A stretch of DNA of 64,000 bases from an uncultured Verrucomicrobiae bacterium (GTDB lineage: Bacteria > Chlamydiota > Chlamydiia > Chlamydiales > Rhabdochlamydiaceae), in the NCBI GenBank assembly GCA_963806855.1, contig CAWDYW010000001.1, forward strand, positions 1,024,001-1,088,000. The letters are read 5' to 3'. The position numbers and the translations under genes are program-made. Of this stretch, positions 29,640-39,309 are shown one piece after another. Every line of letters starts with the position of its first letter. Positions within the stretch are counted from its first letter, which is position 1. The notes under the pieces were generated by a model. The model made no database searches, had not been told where the DNA came from, and saw only the letters and a program-made list of their open reading frames with translations.

Positions 29640-30509
29640 TTAGAACTGCCGCCAGCCCACGATGCCGATGTACTCGGAGTCGTAGTAGTGGCCATAGACA
29701 GCCAAGCCGGAAGGGCCGAAGCCCCCAACAACCAATTGATAGCCTTCAATCATTTCTTTGCAGCGCGTAAAAGTAGGAGGATTGTCACTCAAACACCGTC
29801 TTCCTGCACGTCGATTTGTCCACAGAATAGCTCTTGCAGCATCAAAGACCCCAGGCACTTCGTATCCAGCAGGTAATAATTGTATTTGATCATCGTAGGA
29901 TCTATATCTGCTTCCAGGAATGACATCGATTGTCATGACCGCATAATGAAATTCGTTTTCAGCAGGGATGTTGTTAGGAGTTTTATCCCAAACATAGATA
30001 AACCCGGGTCCCCCAGAACTTTTATCAAGCTGATCAAGAGAATCTAAAGTGGAAGAAACAGGCGAGCCGTCGATGTATACTTGAGGAAATAAAGGCACAA
30101 CAATATGGGTCGCTGATCTTTTTTTCCCAGGCCAAATTTCACAATCCCCAGCGAGAAAATCTTTGAGCGCCTGGGGATAAGGAGGTAATTTAATAGTTTG
30201 CGCAGCGCCTCATTCTTTTTGCGAAATCACAGTGGATATATGCTCCGCGCCGTTAGAAATTTGGAATTTCGACAGAGCCACAGCCCCGACGTTCAACGAT
30301 TTTTCCGAGGGCTGTATTTCAATACTCCCCTCGGAAAAATCTTTGGACCGCGAGCGTTTTCGCTCTTGCCCAGATTGTAAACTTCTAACGGCACTAGGTG
30401 TAGAAGGAGTGTCTGCTTTGGGAAGGACTTTGAACTTAGCAGGTTGGCTAATGGCACTCCCTGGGGTGGCAGATTTAGACGGAGTTGTCGAAACTGGTAT
30501 CGATTCCAC
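29640..30509 (-). pseudogene. Chlamydial effector-like gene interrupted by a single in-frame TGA
   Basis: ORFs 30210..30509 and 29640..30098 are in the same frame and the intervening 37 codons are open (KE*GAAQTIKLPPYP...CEIWPGKKRSATHIVVPL). The only disruption is TGA at 30210-30212. Confidence 0.7.
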
Positions 30510-30852
30510 AATATCTCGTTAGATTTTGACTTAAGGAGTATATCGTATCATTTTTATTAATATCAATTAAGTTTCTATAGGAACGATGTGTATGAGATGA
30601 TCGACTTTGAAGCGGACGAAGTATATTATGAAACTCTTTTCCATAGTGTAGGGGCAGATCCTGTTTCCATGGCAGTAACTATTGCAAAAGTCGATCCACT
30701 CGACAAAGCAGGGGTGGGATCGGGACGAGTCCCTTTGTCGCAAGAGGGAAATATCTCCTTAGAAATGGTAACTACGGCTAATGCGGAATAAGCAAACTTA
30801 TGCTGATCAAGTAACGAGGTAAGTAGGTTATGGTAGAGATTGAGGCGTCGAG

Positions 30853-32457
30853 TCAAGTGGGGTTGTTTCTAAGATTGAGATTGTTGATCATGGAGAGAGC
30901 ATCGATCTGCTCAGGTTTTAAGGTGAGTCGATTGTTGCTGAGATCGAGCTCTTTTAGCCAAGAGAATTGGCCGAGCTGCGCAGGTAAGGAGGTGAGTTGG
31001 TTGTAGCTGAGAAAGAGCGCTGTTAGCTGAGGTAGTTGGCCGAGCTGCTCAGGTATCGAGGTAAGTTTGTTGGCGTTGAGATTGAGCTTTGTTAGCTGAT
31101 GCAGTTGGCCGATCTGCTCAGGAATCGAAGTGAGTTGGTTGTTGCTGAGATCGAGCTCTGTTAGCTGAGACAGTAGGCCGATCTGCTCAGGAATCGAAGT
31201 GAGTTGGTTGTCGCTGAGATTGAGCACTGTTAGCTGAGACAGTTGGCCGATCTGCTCAGGAATCGAAATGAGTTGGTTGTCGCTGAGATTGAGCACTGTT
31301 AGCTGAGGCAGTAGGCCGATCTGCTCAGGAATCGAAGTGAGTTGGTTGTCGCTGAGATTGAGCTCTGTTAGCTGAGACAGTTGGCCGATCTGCTCAGGAA
31401 TCGAAGTGAGTTGGTTGCCGCTGAGATTGAGCTCTGTTAGCTGAGACAGTTGGCCGATCTGCTCAGGAATCGAAGTGAGTTGGTTGTTGCTGAGATTGAG
31501 CTCTGTTAGCTGAGAGAGCTGACCGATCTGCTCAGGTAAGGAGGTGAGTTGGTTGTAGCGGAGATAGAGATAGTTTAGTTGAGAGAGCTGACCGATCTGC
31601 TCGGGTATCGAGGTGAGTTGTTTGTGTCTAAGATCGAGATATTTTAATTGAATAAGCTCATTTTGATTTGCATTAAACCATGCATTAAATTCTCTGGACC
31701 TAGCGATGATGTCCTCTTCAGAATTTAACTCAACCATTTTTGGGCCTGGCAAATTTACAGAAGCAGTTAATTCTCCCCATACAATAAGAGTATCTCTAGC
31801 TTTCAGCAGGGGAACATTTAGGGCATGCCATTCGGGATAGAGTCTCGCCTTTGCGATGGTCTCTTGAGTGGTTAGATTGTCAATTGCACCCGGACCTTCT
31901 AAATTTAGGCGAGGAAATTCTTTATTAATGCGCTCAACTAACTTGCTCCAGTTAATGAGGATCTTTCGTGCCTGGAGCCATTCTTGAATGGTGTTTATCT
32001 GATCAATGGTGGGTCCTATTAAGCTTTGAGTAATATCATCCGGCCGTTCTTCAATTGCCCTAGCTTCTTCTTGTATGCGGCCAATAAAATCCAGTACCTG
32101 CTTAAAGAGCGGACGATCAGAAGTATTGTCGATGGGGCAATTGATTCTTTTGGCGATAGAGCTCCAGATTTGGGAATCAGATACTAGTGCATTTGCAGTT
32201 GTGGATGTGAGATTGAATTCGGCCAATTCAGGGAGATCAAAGAATGTGAGCAAATGAATTTTAAGGTTCTGGTCTGGCAATGCATCGAAAACAAAACCTG
32301 AGCTTGGAGAGGGAGGATTCTCTGCGTTTCCAAGGTTTTTTTCAGAGACGCTTTGCACTTTTTCACTAAGGGCAGATGAGGGAGAAGCCTTTTGCTCAAC
32401 CGCTGGTTGACGTTTAAAAGGCGCGAAAGCGTAAGTCCGATCTGATATTATGCTCAT
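30853..32457 (-). CDS. F-box-like/LRR effector protein, copy 5 (C-terminally truncated)
   Basis: Start MSIISDRTYAF chosen by alignment. About 11 LRRs. A remnant of the hydrophobic tail (HKFAYSALAVV) lies out of frame downstream. Confidence 0.82.
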   Translation of the reverse strand: MSIISDRTYAFAPFKRQPAVEQKASPSSALSEKVQSVSEKNLGNAENPPSPSSGFVFDALPDQNLKIHLLTFFDLPELAEFNLTSTTANALVSDSQIWSSIAKRINCPIDNTSDRPLFKQVLDFIGRIQEEARAIEERPDDITQSLIGPTIDQINTIQEWLQARKILINWSKLVERINKEFPRLNLEGPGAIDNLTTQETIAKARLYPEWHALNVPLLKARDTLIVWGELTASVNLPGPKMVELNSEEDIIARSREFNAWFNANQNELIQLKYLDLRHKQLTSIPEQIGQLSQLNYLYLRYNQLTSLPEQIGQLSQLTELNLSNNQLTSIPEQIGQLSQLTELNLSGNQLTSIPEQIGQLSQLTELNLSDNQLTSIPEQIGLLPQLTVLNLSDNQLISIPEQIGQLSQLTVLNLSDNQLTSIPEQIGLLSQLTELDLSNNQLTSIPEQIGQLHQLTKLNLNANKLTSIPEQLGQLPQLTALFLSYNQLTSLPAQLGQFSWLKELDLSNNRLTLKPEQIDALSMINNLNLRNNPT

Positions 32458-32536
32458 GGTTTTACCTACATTAAATTTAACGTATAATTCTGTCAAAACT
32501 ATGAGTTAAAGTAAATAATAATAGAACGATTCCAGT

Positions 32537-33724
32537 TTATTGTCGAAAGTCTTTTCCATAGCGTAGGGGCAAATCCTGTTTCCATGGGCAGTAGCTATTG
32601 CAGAAGTCGATCCGCTCTCCTAGGGGAGGGTGGGTGCAGCGCCAGACTTTGTAGACGGGCCCGGGGCGGGGATTGGCCAGGTTTTGCTTCTGAAGGACGA
32701 TGAAGGCCTCGGCGGCGGCTTGATTGTTTTGGGTGATTTCAAGGCCAAAGCGGTCGGCCTGCCGTTCGAAGGTGCGAGAGACATAATTGGAAAGGGGAGT
32801 CGTCAGAAGGATAAAGAAGCACCCTAAAAATAGGAGAAGGGGTAGAGAGGCAATCTCGTGGAGCTCTTTAAATCCCAACTGTTTTTGGTACCTTTTCAGG
32901 ATGAAATGGGCAGACTTGTAGACGAGGTAGAAAATCACCAGATCGAGGATCGATGTATAGAGCATATCCCACCAGATATGGTGCAAGACGTAGTGGCCCA
33001 TTTCGTGTCCCATGACAAAGAGGATCTCATCGGGTTTCATTTTGGCAAGCGTTGTATCCCAGAGGACAATGCGGGCGGTCGATCCAAAGCCGGTCACATA
33101 GGCATTAAGGGTCTTGGTATCTTGGCTCATGTCGACTTCAAAGACTCGCCCATGCTCGATTCCTGCTCTTTTCGCAAGAGAGAGGATTTGCTGTTCGAGC
33201 TGTTTATTTTTCATCGGCCCAAAGTGATTGAAGAGGGGATCGAACCAAATCGGTTTGACGAAGACCAGGATAAAGCCGATGCCGATGCTGACAAGGGCCG
33301 AATAGAGCCACCAGCGACGGGGGCTTTTTTTGAGGAGCAGATAAAAGATCCAAACGAGCAGTGCCGATAGGACAATGACAATGAGAAGCTGCTTAGCATA
33401 GATGCTCAGCCATCGACTAAAGGTCTGAGCGGAGAGCCCATAATCGTGCTGCCTAATGAAGTCTGAGTAGAAATCGATCGGGAAATTAAGCAAATTGTAG
33501 AGGAAAATGAACAGGACGAGGTAGATGACAATGGTACAATACCAGTTTCTCCCCAATCGGGCAGAAACCCTTTCCATTTTTCCGCTTAGGCCGGTGAAAA
33601 GAATGAGCAGAGGAATGATCAGGCTCCAGCTATTCTGGATGATCCACAGAATATTGCCACTTTTATAAAAACGGAGTGCTTGCTCTGTGGCAGCAGGGAC
33701 TGCCACGTGGGCGCATTCAAACAT
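32537..33724 (-). CDS. M48-family (Ste24/HtpX-like) zinc metallopeptidase
   Basis: NAYVTGFG, GHEMGH zinc motif, ERQADRF, THPPLGERI, multiple TM helices. Confidence 0.92.
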   Translation of the reverse strand: MFECAHVAVPAATEQALRFYKSGNILWIIQNSWSLIIPLLILFTGLSGKMERVSARLGRNWYCTIVIYLVLFIFLYNLLNFPIDFYSDFIRQHDYGLSAQTFSRWLSIYAKQLLIVIVLSALLVWIFYLLLKKSPRRWWLYSALVSIGIGFILVFVKPIWFDPLFNHFGPMKNKQLEQQILSLAKRAGIEHGRVFEVDMSQDTKTLNAYVTGFGSTARIVLWDTTLAKMKPDEILFVMGHEMGHYVLHHIWWDMLYTSILDLVIFYLVYKSAHFILKRYQKQLGFKELHEIASLPLLLFLGCFFILLTTPLSNYVSRTFERQADRFGLEITQNNQAAAEAFIVLQKQNLANPRPGPVYKVWRCTHPPLGERIDFCNSYCPWKQDLPLRYGKDFRQ

Positions 33725-33732
33725 AAGACCTC

Positions 33733-34722
33733 TTATTCTTTGCTTAAGTGTTCATAGGCTAATTTTGTCGCTTCGCGCCCTCGAGGGGTGTGACGAAGAA
33801 ATCCCTTTAAAATCAGATAGGGCTCATAGACCTCCGCCAATGTCGAGGGATCTTCTGATAGGGCGACGGCCAAGGTAGTCAACCCTACTGGACCGCCGTC
33901 GTGATGATCGATGATAACCGAAAGCAATTTCTTGTCCATTTCATCGAGCCCCTGATGGTCGATTGAGAGCATATTGAGCGCCTGGCGAGTAGTCATTAGG
34001 TCGATTGGCTCCTTTTTGGCCATCTGCGCAAAGTCTCTCACCCAACGCAAGAGGTGATTGGCGATCCGCGGGGTTCCACGAGCGCGCGCAGCAATTTCGA
34101 GCGAAGCATCATCGTGCATAGCCACTTTCAAGATATCGGCCGAACGTTTGACGATTTTAGAAAGGACCGCATGCTCGTAAAAATCGAGACGACAGGAAAA
34201 AGCAAAGCGGGAGCGCATGGGACTGCTCAGTAGACCGCTGCGGGTTGTTGCCCCCACTAATGTGAAGGGCTTGAGGTTGACTCGGACGCTGCGGCTGCTT
34301 GGACCGCTGTCGATGAGCAGGTCGAGAGAAAAATCTTCCATCGCCGGATAAAGATATTCTTCTATGGCGCGATTGAGGCGGTGGATCTCGTCGATAAAGA
34401 GGATATCGCCCTCCTGGAGATTGGTCAAAATCCCAGCTAAATCGGCCGCTTTTTCGATCGCCGGGCCAGAGGTGGTGACCAGATGGGTGCCCATCTCTTG
34501 CGCGAGAATATTGGCCAGCGTCGTCTTTCCGAGCCCTGGTGGGCCATGGAATAGACAGTGGCCGAGCGCCTCCTTTCGCTGTTTGGCGGCTCCTAAAAAG
34601 ACAGACAGCCTTTCCTTAAGTCCATCCTGACCTAAAAAATGTTCTAGGCTTTTTGGGCGCAAAGGGGTATCGAACGGGGGATCTTTTTTGGTCCACGAGG
34701 ACTGGATGAACGACTCAGACAT
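33733..34722 (-). CDS. ruvB: Holliday junction branch migration helicase
   Basis: LRPKSL, GPPGLGKTT, FIDEIHRL, GATTR, RGTPRIAN, EPYL..TPRGR. Confidence 0.97.
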   Translation of the reverse strand: MSESFIQSSWTKKDPPFDTPLRPKSLEHFLGQDGLKERLSVFLGAAKQRKEALGHCLFHGPPGLGKTTLANILAQEMGTHLVTTSGPAIEKAADLAGILTNLQEGDILFIDEIHRLNRAIEEYLYPAMEDFSLDLLIDSGPSSRSVRVNLKPFTLVGATTRSGLLSSPMRSRFAFSCRLDFYEHAVLSKIVKRSADILKVAMHDDASLEIAARARGTPRIANHLLRWVRDFAQMAKKEPIDLMTTRQALNMLSIDHQGLDEMDKKLLSVIIDHHDGGPVGLTTLAVALSEDPSTLAEVYEPYLILKGFLRHTPRGREATKLAYEHLSKE

Positions 34723-34794
34723 TAATTTACTCTAGCTTGAAAACTCTGATAAGGATATATAATGCTTTTAAACTTAAAACAGAAGGATATATCT

Positions 34795-35361
34795 ATGAGT
34801 CCACAACCTGATCATTGGATCCGCAAAATGGCACAAGAAGAAGGAATGATCGAGCCATTCTCCGATCACCTCGTTCGAGAAGTCAATGGAAAAAAAATCG
34901 TCAGCTACGGCCTGTCGAGCTACGGCTATGACCTGCGTGTCGCCAGAGAATTTAAAGTCTTCACCAACCTCTACAATACGGTCGTCGATCCCAAGGCCTT
35001 TAGCGAAGATGCCTTCGTCGATGTGGTCGCAGATCAATGCATCATCCCGCCCAATTCATTTGCCCTGGCCCGAAGCGTCGAGTATTTCCGCATTCCACGC
35101 AGTGTGATCACTCTCTGCATAGGCAAGTCGACCTATGCCCGTTGTGGGATCATCGTCAACGTCACTCCCTTCGAACCAGAATGGGAAGGATACGTCACCT
35201 TGGAAATTTCCAACACCACCCCTCTTCCAGCTAAGATCTATGCGAATGAGGGACTGGCCCAGGTGATCTTCTATCAAGCTTCAGAAGTGTGCGAAGTCTC
35301 CTATGCCGACCGCAAAGGCAAGTATATGGGGCAAGTCGAGATCACCCTACCCATCGCCTAA
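34795..35361 (+). CDS. dcd: dCTP deaminase
   Basis: [45 protein letters not shown]. Confidence 0.96.
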   Translation: MSPQPDHWIRKMAQEEGMIEPFSDHLVREVNGKKIVSYGLSSYGYDLRVAREFKVFTNLYNTVVDPKAFSEDAFVDVVADQCIIPPNSFALARSVEYFRIPRSVITLCIGKSTYARCGIIVNVTPFEPEWEGYVTLEISNTTPLPAKIYANEGLAQVIFYQASEVCEVSYADRKGKYMGQVEITLPIA

Positions 35362-35479
35362 AAATATGCCCGCGCCCGATTTTTTTTCGAATACGGGCGT
35401 GAAAGTATTGAAAAATTGGGTGCAATTATTTATACCAAAAAAGTAAGATAGCTGTTTTCAGAAAAAGGACCGCGTACCG

Positions 35480-35782
35480 ATGACCACAAAGAGGAGTACC
35501 CTCTACATTTTTTTTCTTCGCTGCTGGTGGACAATCCTGATCATCCTCCTTTCGTACGCTCTTTATTTACATGGAATGCATAAGAAAAAGCAGATGCACT
35601 TGACTCTGAAGGCAAAAGTCGAAGTGCTTGAGAATCAGCTCTGCGCGGCCCTAGAAAAAAGGGAGGATCTGCTGCTTCAAATCAACAGCCAATCTGATCC
35701 AGCCTGGACAGAAATCCTCCTCAAAAAACATCTCGGTATGGTACCTTCTGGTCAGACCAAGGTATATTTCAAAGAACGATGA
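35480..35782 (+). CDS. Small membrane protein, FtsB/septum-initiator-like
   Basis: One TM helix, coiled coil, SQSDPAWTEILLKKHLGMVP tail. Confidence 0.6.
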   Translation: MTTKRSTLYIFFLRCWWTILIILLSYALYLHGMHKKKQMHLTLKAKVEVLENQLCAALEKREDLLLQINSQSDPAWTEILLKKHLGMVPSGQTKVYFKER

Positions 35783-37014
35783 CAGCATTGCTCATTATTC
35801 TCCTCGTTTTCTTGATTCTGGGATCGGCGTTTTTTTCGTCCTCCGAGACAGCCCTCTTTTCCCTTTCGCCGATGCAATTGCAGATCTTTCGCAAGACCAA
35901 AGATCCCCGAAAAGTCCTCGTCGCAAAATTGCTCGATTCGCCACGGGATCTATTGATCACCTTGATCATGCTGAACGTGATGGTCAATATTTGCGTTCAG
36001 AACGTCGTTTCGAGCATTTTCGGGACTTTGTCGGGCTGGTGGCTCACTGTCGGCGTGCCGCTCGCCCTTACCCTCACTTTTGGTGAATTTATCCCAAAAT
36101 CGATCGGGATTGCCAATAACAGCAGATTAGCTCCCTATGTCTCGGGCCCCATATGGACAATCGAGGGGATCCTGCTGCCCGTCCGCAAAGGGCTCGTCCG
36201 GGCCACCACCTTGATCTCCCGCATCCTCTTTTTCTTCTTAAGAGAAGAAGAGGAGATCTCGACCGATGAGCTTCAACATGCCCTACGCACTTCTCGCGCT
36301 CGCGGGGTGCTCGCAGAGGAAGAGGCCGAATTGATGCGGGGCTATCTCAATCTGCAAAATTCTACTGCCAAAGGGTTCCTCCGCCCTCGTGAAGAGGTGC
36401 TCTTTTTTGAAGTCGACGAGCCAGTCTCCAAATTGATCCATCTCTTCGTCGATCAAGAATGTACCCGTATTCCTGTCTGCGAGGGGAGTGTCGACAATAT
36501 CATCGGCATCATCTCTAGCGGCCGGTTCTTTCTCCATCGGGAATCGATCAAGACGAGCAAAGATATTCTCCCCCTGCTGAGTAAACCCTTCTTTGTGCCC
36601 GAGAACATGCAAGCACAGGCGCTGCTCGATCAGATGTATGAAAAACGGCAGTCCTTGGCGATCGTCGTCGATGAATATGGGGCCTTTTCCGGACTCCTCA
36701 CCCTCGAGGACCTTGTCGAAACAGTCGTCGGCGAAATCGTCGATCGGCGCGACGAGAAAAATCGGTACACCCGCTCTGGAGAAGATGTGCTGATCGCCAG
36801 CGGCAAACTGGAATTGATGGAATTGGAGTCGATTTTTGATGTCTCCATCAAGAGCGAAAACAACATGGTCACCCTCGGCGGCTGGCTCACTGAACAGATG
36901 GGGGATATCCCTAAGAGCGGCTCTAAATATGTCTACAAAAACCTCCTCTTTCACGTCCTCTCCTCCGATGCCAAGAGAGTGCGCCGGATCTATATCAGGC
37001 GAGTGACCAAATGA
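35779..37014 (+). CDS. CNNM/CBS/CorC-HlyC (TlyC-like) protein 1
   Basis: SAFFSSSETALFS, FGEFIPKS, CBS pair, VVDEYG..GLLTLEDLVE. Confidence 0.92.
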   Translation: MTALLIILLVFLILGSAFFSSSETALFSLSPMQLQIFRKTKDPRKVLVAKLLDSPRDLLITLIMLNVMVNICVQNVVSSIFGTLSGWWLTVGVPLALTLTFGEFIPKSIGIANNSRLAPYVSGPIWTIEGILLPVRKGLVRATTLISRILFFFLREEEEISTDELQHALRTSRARGVLAEEEAELMRGYLNLQNSTAKGFLRPREEVLFFEVDEPVSKLIHLFVDQECTRIPVCEGSVDNIIGIISSGRFFLHRESIKTSKDILPLLSKPFFVPENMQAQALLDQMYEKRQSLAIVVDEYGAFSGLLTLEDLVETVVGEIVDRRDEKNRYTRSGEDVLIASGKLELMELESIFDVSIKSENNMVTLGGWLTEQMGDIPKSGSKYVYKNLLFHVLSSDAKRVRRIYIRRVTK

Positions 37015-38243
37015 ACGAGTGGAAGTTCTACCTCTTCCTCACCCTGCTCTTTGTCTTCACCCAAGGGATGTTCGCGATGCTCGAAATGGCCTGCGTCTCC
37101 TTCAACAAGGTGCGCCTGCAATACTGGGTCGGCCAGAAAAAACTGCGGGCCAAATGGCTCAGCGCGCTCCTCAGCCGCCCCACTTACCTCTTCGGCGCAA
37201 CCCTCATTGGAGTGAACGCCTCGCTGCAAATGGGCTCAGAATGCTCCCGTAGATTCTATGAGGCCCTCGGCGTGAACCCCGATTGGTCCCCCTTAAGCCA
37301 AATCATCCTCGTCATCATCTTTTCTGAACTCGCCCCCATTTTTGCCGGTAGACGCTATGCCGAACATGTGGCCATGCTTGGCGTTCCGATCCTCTACGTC
37401 ACATCCATCATCCTGCGCCCCTTCATCTGGTTCTTCGACATCATCTGCCATCTGATCAACCGCCTCCTGCGCAGCCCCATGCGAGAGGGGATCTTCTTTT
37501 CCCGCGAAGAGCTACAGCACATTTTCGAGCAGCACAAAGAAGAACAGCGCCCCTCCAAAGAGATCAACACCGTCGTCGCCAACATCTTTACCCTCAAAGG
37601 CAAAGTGGCAAAAGATCTGATGAAGCCGCTCGAAGGGACCCAAATGATCCCCGCGATCTGCAACATCGGGGAAATGCGGACCCTCCTCAACTACAGCTAC
37701 ACCCCTTTCCTCCCGATCTACGAGCGGGATCCCCGCCACGTCCTCGCTATCGCTTACCCCCGCGACCTGCTCCGCCTCACTGAAGAGAAAAAAGTGCGCG
37801 ACTACGCGCGTCCACCCTGGTTCATCACCCAAAATAGTTCAATTCTGCAGATCCTAAAGCAATTTCGGCGCAATAACCAGAGCGTCGCCGTCGTCCTAGA
37901 TGAAGCTGGCTACGGCGTTGGCATTCTCACCCTCGATGAGATCGTCGACTCAATCTTCGGGAAAATGGATGATTGGCCCTCCTTTGAAGATATTGCACCC
38001 CGAATGCACCATGTCATCGTCGACCGCACCTTCCCAGGCGACCTAGAAATCATCGAATTCAACAAAAAGTTCCATGTCCATCTCGAACCTGAGACAGCTG
38101 AAACCCTCGAAGAGCTAATGGAATTAAAGCTCGGCCATCCTCCCGAAAAGGGGGAAAGCGTCCACATCGACCAATTCGAACTGAGCGTCGAAGATGCCCC
38201 GCTGATCGGGCCTAAGAAGATTGCCGTTAGGACGGTGTTTTAG
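37011..38243 (+). CDS. CNNM/CBS/CorC-HlyC (TlyC-like) protein 2
   Basis: FAMLEMACVS, FSELAP, CBS pair VLDEAG..GILTLDEI. ATGA-coupled to paralog 1. Confidence 0.88.
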   Translation: MNEWKFYLFLTLLFVFTQGMFAMLEMACVSFNKVRLQYWVGQKKLRAKWLSALLSRPTYLFGATLIGVNASLQMGSECSRRFYEALGVNPDWSPLSQIILVIIFSELAPIFAGRRYAEHVAMLGVPILYVTSIILRPFIWFFDIICHLINRLLRSPMREGIFFSREELQHIFEQHKEEQRPSKEINTVVANIFTLKGKVAKDLMKPLEGTQMIPAICNIGEMRTLLNYSYTPFLPIYERDPRHVLAIAYPRDLLRLTEEKKVRDYARPPWFITQNSSILQILKQFRRNNQSVAVVLDEAGYGVGILTLDEIVDSIFGKMDDWPSFEDIAPRMHHVIVDRTFPGDLEIIEFNKKFHVHLEPETAETLEELMELKLGHPPEKGESVHIDQFELSVEDAPLIGPKKIAVRTVF

Positions 38244-38360
38244 AACGCAAAAGCGCACGAAAATTGTTTTTTTTTGCGTCTTTGCGCCTTTGCGTTTAAA
38301 TCTGTTCTCAACGCAAAGACGCAAAGAAAAGAAAATGAAGGGTGTGTTTTTGCGTTTAAG
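38244..38360. repeat. Degenerate AACGCAAAGACGCAAAG palindromic repeat
   Basis: Alternating aacgcaaa/tttgcgt arms between convergent genes; same family as 44767 and 47411. Confidence 0.7.
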
Positions 38361-39237
38361 AACGGCTATCCACCAAAGCCTGAATCATCTCTTCCCATTT
38401 CCCTGCTTGAGCAAGTGCCGAGATGGTTTTGGCTTGAGATCTAGGGAGGCCTAAACTCTTGATAAAGTCAGGGAGATAGGGGAGAACTGAGCCCTGAGCA
38501 TGATACTTTCTAAATTTTTCAGCTGATTGCGGCTTAAATCCTTTTGCAATGAGCGGCACTCCATCCCAACGTTCAGAGGTTTCACTCAATTTTTTCAGAT
38601 TCTTGAGTACTTCAGGATCGTTCAACATAAACTCAAACGACTTCAAAGGGTGAATCCCATATAACTTCTTTTTTGCCTCCAGGAGTTGGCCTAATCGCTT
38701 GATCAAAGAGGGAATCGAATCATTTGCGACCATCTGGATGAGTTTCTTCACTTGCCCTTTTTCATCAGTGGACATCGGCAACTCGGCATAGGTCGTTGCT
38801 ACACTTTGAATCGGGCCTAATTGCTTCTGCAATTCATGCCCGAGTGAGATCAGCGAGCAGCGGAAAGCTTGCCGTTTCATAAAATAGAACACATTGAGTA
38901 CGGGCCTGACCACCCTCCAGCTTGACGTAGCCTCTCCAAGGAGCTGAGGATCGATCCGTCGGATGATCGTTTTGACAGCTTCGAGATCGGCGAGCCTATT
39001 TTCGAGACCTGCTCTAGTTTCATTCCATTTTTTGACTAGGGGATAGCAGATGAGCCATTTTAAAAAGCACAGCAAATCGAAAATTTTTTTTGTCACTTGG
39101 CCATAGGCATCCCCATCATAGCGCTTCTCTCCCAATAGGCTTGGGTCGATCAGCCGAATATTGGCCTTCACCTTATTCAAGCGTGGTTCAATAAAGTCAG
39201 AGATAGTTTTATGATTCTGTAGTTTGCCAATAGACAT
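38356..39237 (-). CDS. Hypothetical protein, possible secreted effector
   Basis: 293-aa ORF with an internal duplication (RLIDPSLLGE / RRIDPQLLGE) and AT-rich upstream region. Confidence 0.6.
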   Translation of the reverse strand: MSIGKLQNHKTISDFIEPRLNKVKANIRLIDPSLLGEKRYDGDAYGQVTKKIFDLLCFLKWLICYPLVKKWNETRAGLENRLADLEAVKTIIRRIDPQLLGEATSSWRVVRPVLNVFYFMKRQAFRCSLISLGHELQKQLGPIQSVATTYAELPMSTDEKGQVKKLIQMVANDSIPSLIKRLGQLLEAKKKLYGIHPLKSFEFMLNDPEVLKNLKKLSETSERWDGVPLIAKGFKPQSAEKFRKYHAQGSVLPYLPDFIKSLGLPRSQAKTISALAQAGKWEEMIQALVDSRS

Positions 39238-39309
39238 GAACTAATTATAGCATTTATATAATTAACTGTAAATTAAATTAGTTTATATATATGTTTAATG
39301 GTGATTTCG

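Noticed and set aside
21962..32457. Diversity-generating retroelement behind LRR variability
   Set aside because: No reverse transcriptase in the window, and no template/variable repeat pair with adenine-specific differences was seen.
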